DNA of 64,000 nucleotides from Gammaproteobacteria bacterium (lineage in GTDB: Bacteria > Pseudomonadota > Gammaproteobacteria > GCA-002705445 > GCA-002716945), in the NCBI GenBank assembly GCA_016779485.1, contig JADHNN010000002.1, positions 580 to 64,579 on the forward strand, given 5' to 3'. The translations under genes and the position numbers were made by a program. Shown here piece by piece: positions 61,555-64,000 of this stretch. The notes beneath the pieces are model-generated. The model saw only the letters and a program-made list of their open reading frames with translations. It was not told the DNA's origin and made no database searches. Each line of letters starts with the position of its first letter. The stretch's first letter is position 1.

Positions 61555-62216
61555 AGAAGTTTCTCAATTACTTTTATATCATCTATATATGTAGCTTTAA
61601 TATTATCCGGGCTAGATTTAATTATTGTGCATTTAAAATTATTTATCATCAAAAGTTCAATATCATCATCAACATTACTTTTACTCCTATTTGTATTAAT
61701 TATCGATTTATAGAGTATATTTGTTTTAAAGATTTGAGGCGTAAAAGATGCCCATAAATCACTTCTATAGAGATTATAATTAATGTTTTTTTTATCTACC
61801 TCTTTGAGTGCATTAGTAATCGGATAACCCAGTGCTGAGCCATCAATATTAGGCTTAAAAGAATTTATCAATTTTTTAATGTCATTGATATTTATCACAG
61901 GTCTTGCAATATCATGAATCATAGTAAATGTAGTTTGAAGATTATCATTATAAATATATCTCATAGCTTCTCTTAAAGATTCTAAGCGGCTTGATGCACC
62001 TAGTAATACTTTTTCGTTTTTACGAATATTCTTAATTTTTACTTTATTATTAACAACAAGATATATCTTTGAGGTATCAAAATACTTAGCAAAGAAATCT
62101 CTAGAATGGTCTAACAATGATTTGTTTTTAATAATTATATTTTGTTTTAGTTGATTAGACTTAAATCTTTTACTAAAACCAGCACCCAGTAAAATAACAG
62201 ATATATTGTGATTCAT
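61551..62216 (-). CDS. ispD: 2-C-methyl-D-erythritol 4-phosphate cytidylyltransferase
   Basis: ILLGAGFSKRF N-terminus. ftsB-ispD-ispF order as in E. coli. Confidence 0.9.
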   Translation of the reverse strand: MNHNISVILLGAGFSKRFKSNQLKQNIIIKNKSLLDHSRDFFAKYFDTSKIYLVVNNKVKIKNIRKNEKVLLGASSRLESLREAMRYIYNDNLQTTFTMIHDIARPVININDIKKLINSFKPNIDGSALGYPITNALKEVDKKNINYNLYRSDLWASFTPQIFKTNILYKSIINTNRSKSNVDDDIELLMINNFKCTIIKSSPDNIKATYIDDIKVIEKLL

Positions 62217-62488
62217 TTTTTTATGACTTGTATAAATATTTCATCTTTTTTAACCAAACCTAGATTATATCTGGCAAAGTTTTCGAGGGCATGTGTTGAT
62301 AATGATAATTCTTGAATGTCATTTTTTAGGATATTATTGTTATGTATTATTTTAGAGATTTTAGATAAAAGTTCAGTATTTTGATTTTTCAAATAAATAA
62401 AATCAGAAATATTATTATTTTCCAAAAATAATGAATATTGCAGGTTAAGAAATACTAATACGCCAAGAACAAACAATATTTTTTTCAT
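62213..62488 (-). CDS. ftsB: cell division protein FtsB
   Basis: 91 aa with an N-terminal TM plus coiled coil. Located between eno and ispD. Confidence 0.8.
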   Translation of the reverse strand: MKKILFVLGVLVFLNLQYSLFLENNNISDFIYLKNQNTELLSKISKIIHNNNILKNDIQELSLSTHALENFARYNLGLVKKDEIFIQVIKK

Positions 62489-63766
62489 TTAACCGAGGTA
62501 TTGATTTAGTTTATTATTATCTATTGTTGATGAGAGCTGTTCTTCTATTCTAATTAGTTGATTATACTTAGCAACTCTATCAGATCTTGACATAGATCCC
62601 GTTTTAATTAAACCAGATGATGTAGCAACAGATAGATCTGCTATAGTTACATCTTCAGTTTCGCCAGATCTATGAGATATTATGTAGTTATAATTATTCT
62701 GTTTAGCTAAATCTATTGCTGTCAATGTCTCAGTGATAGTTCCAATTTGATTCAATTTTATAAGAATAGAATTAGCTATATTCTTATCTATTCCTTTTTG
62801 AAAGATTTTGGGATTTGTAACAAAAAGATCATCACCAACTAATTGTGTATTATGGCCAAGCTTACCTGTCAACTGGGACCATCCATCCCAATCATCTTCT
62901 GATAATCCATCTTCTATAGAAATAATTGGATATTTTTTTCTTAATGATGCTAAATAACTAACAAATTCATCAGAGCTCAAGTTAAGATTTTCTGATTTTA
63001 AAGTATAAATATTATTGTTATAAAATTCACTACTAGCCACATCTAAACCAAGATATACATTTTCACCTGCTTTATAACCAGCCTTAGATATTGATTCAAT
63101 GATTATTTCTAGTGCTTCAGAATTGCTATGTATATTAGGTGCGAAACCACCTTCATCACCTACAGAAGTCATCATGTTTTTTTCGTTTAACAAAATTTTT
63201 AAAGTATGGAATATTTCAGCCCCAGCTCGAATAGATTCTGTTATTTTATCGAATCCAATTGGTAATATCATAAATTCTTGAAAATCAAGATTATTATTTG
63301 CATGAGCGCCACCATTTATAATATTCATCATCGGTATTGGGAGCATAAATGAGGAATCATTTGTAAGTGATTGAAATAATGGTATTTTTCTCTGATTAGC
63401 TTGCGCTTTAGCGAAAGCTATACTTAAAGATAATATTGCGTTAGCGCCCAGCCTAGCTTTATTTTCAGTGCCGTCAAGTTCTAATAAAAAACTATCGAAT
63501 GATTCTTGATCAAAATTCATATTTAGATCAATTTTATTTGATATTTCAATATTTATGTTCCCTACAGCTTTATGTACTGATTTACCTAAATAGTTAGAAG
63601 AATCACCATCTCTAAGTTCTAAAGCCTCTAGTTTACCTGTTGATGCTCCAGAAGGTGCCACGCCTCTTCCAATAGATCCATCATTAAAAATAATATCCGC
63701 CTCACATGTTGGATTACCCCTTGAATCTATAATCTGTCTGCCTAATATTTTTTTAATTTTTGACAT
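62489..63766 (-). CDS. eno: enolase
   Basis: 425 aa with SIEDGL...DD and SHRSGETED motifs. Confidence 0.98.
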   Translation of the reverse strand: MSKIKKILGRQIIDSRGNPTCEADIIFNDGSIGRGVAPSGASTGKLEALELRDGDSSNYLGKSVHKAVGNINIEISNKIDLNMNFDQESFDSFLLELDGTENKARLGANAILSLSIAFAKAQANQRKIPLFQSLTNDSSFMLPIPMMNIINGGAHANNNLDFQEFMILPIGFDKITESIRAGAEIFHTLKILLNEKNMMTSVGDEGGFAPNIHSNSEALEIIIESISKAGYKAGENVYLGLDVASSEFYNNNIYTLKSENLNLSSDEFVSYLASLRKKYPIISIEDGLSEDDWDGWSQLTGKLGHNTQLVGDDLFVTNPKIFQKGIDKNIANSILIKLNQIGTITETLTAIDLAKQNNYNYIISHRSGETEDVTIADLSVATSSGLIKTGSMSRSDRVAKYNQLIRIEEQLSSTIDNNKLNQYLG

Positions 63767-63773
63767 TGAGCCT

Positions 63774-64000
63774 TTACTCTCCCTTTCTTACAGTATTATC
63801 AATACTTATTATTTCTTTTAATAAATTTTCCATATTATCTAACTTCATCGAATTATCACCATCACTAATAGCTTTTGAAGGATCAGGATGAGATTCTATG
63901 AATAAAGCATCTATCCCGATAGCTGTTGCTGCCTTCGCTAGCGGTAATATGTATTTACTATCTCCGCTAGAAGCCCCCATTTTAGCTCCAGGTTTTTGAA
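63774..64000 (-). CDS. kdsA: 2-dehydro-3-deoxyphosphooctonate aldolase, C-terminal part (gene continues beyond the window end)
   Basis: C-terminal ...[20 protein letters not shown]... matches KdsA. kdsA-eno adjacency as in Legionella. Confidence 0.85.
   Translation of the reverse strand, partial: QKPGAKMGASSGDSKYILPLAKAATAIGIDALFIESHPDPSKAISDGDNSMKLDNMENLLKEIISIDNTVRKGE

Noticed and set aside
1-64000. CRISPR arrays, insertion sequences, prophage or defence-island content
   Set aside because: I saw no regularly spaced direct repeats, no transposase or integrase-like ORFs and no restriction-modification or toxin gene clusters. The window is essentially core genome. Short repeats shorter than about 20 nt could not be excluded by eye.

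Overview
A 64-kb, strongly AT-rich, very compact chromosomal segment (short or overlapping intergenic gaps) from a proteobacterium. It is most likely a streamlined marine gammaproteobacterium, inferred from gene order shared with E. coli and Legionella: fabD-fabG-acpP-fabF-pabC-tmk-holB; cinA-recA-recX-alaS-lysC-csrA-tRNA-Ser; msbA-lpxK-kdsB; dnaQ/rnhA/yafS/mltD; ftsB-ispD-ispF; ygfZ/sdhE. Almost all of it is core housekeeping: hrcA-grpE-dnaK-dnaJ, fatty-acid synthesis, sdhCDAB, recA/alaS, mfd, eno, the isp genes, and the lipid A/LPS genes. Two tRNAs were found (Arg-TCT, Ser-GCT). I saw no CRISPR array, no IS or integrase, and no obvious island boundary. The stretches that look more accessory are: (i) a light-response module made of a photolyase-related protein, a DUF393 thiol-disulfide oxidoreductase (DCC family) and a previously untracked DUF2256 mini-ORF, together with a separate canonical CPD photolyase; (ii) a tupBCA-like tungstate ABC transporter next to fhs; (iii) a secreted thermonuclease plus a PagL-like outer-membrane deacylase; (iv) an aguA-aguB agmatine-to-putrescine pair; (v) a small secreted acidic peptide followed by a periplasmic rhodanese-like protein with an unusual two-cysteine active-site loop. 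Two further untracked small ORFs were found: a DUF1674 (SDHAF4-like) gene in front of sdhC, and the DUF2256 gene. Two genes have anomalous starts: a sodium-dependent (NSS) transporter apparently initiating at AUU behind a perfect Shine-Dalgarno, and an outer-membrane-protein gene whose signal peptide lies one frame away from its SD/ATG. No feature here is demonstrably a new system from sequence alone. The candidates most worth follow-up are listed under findings.
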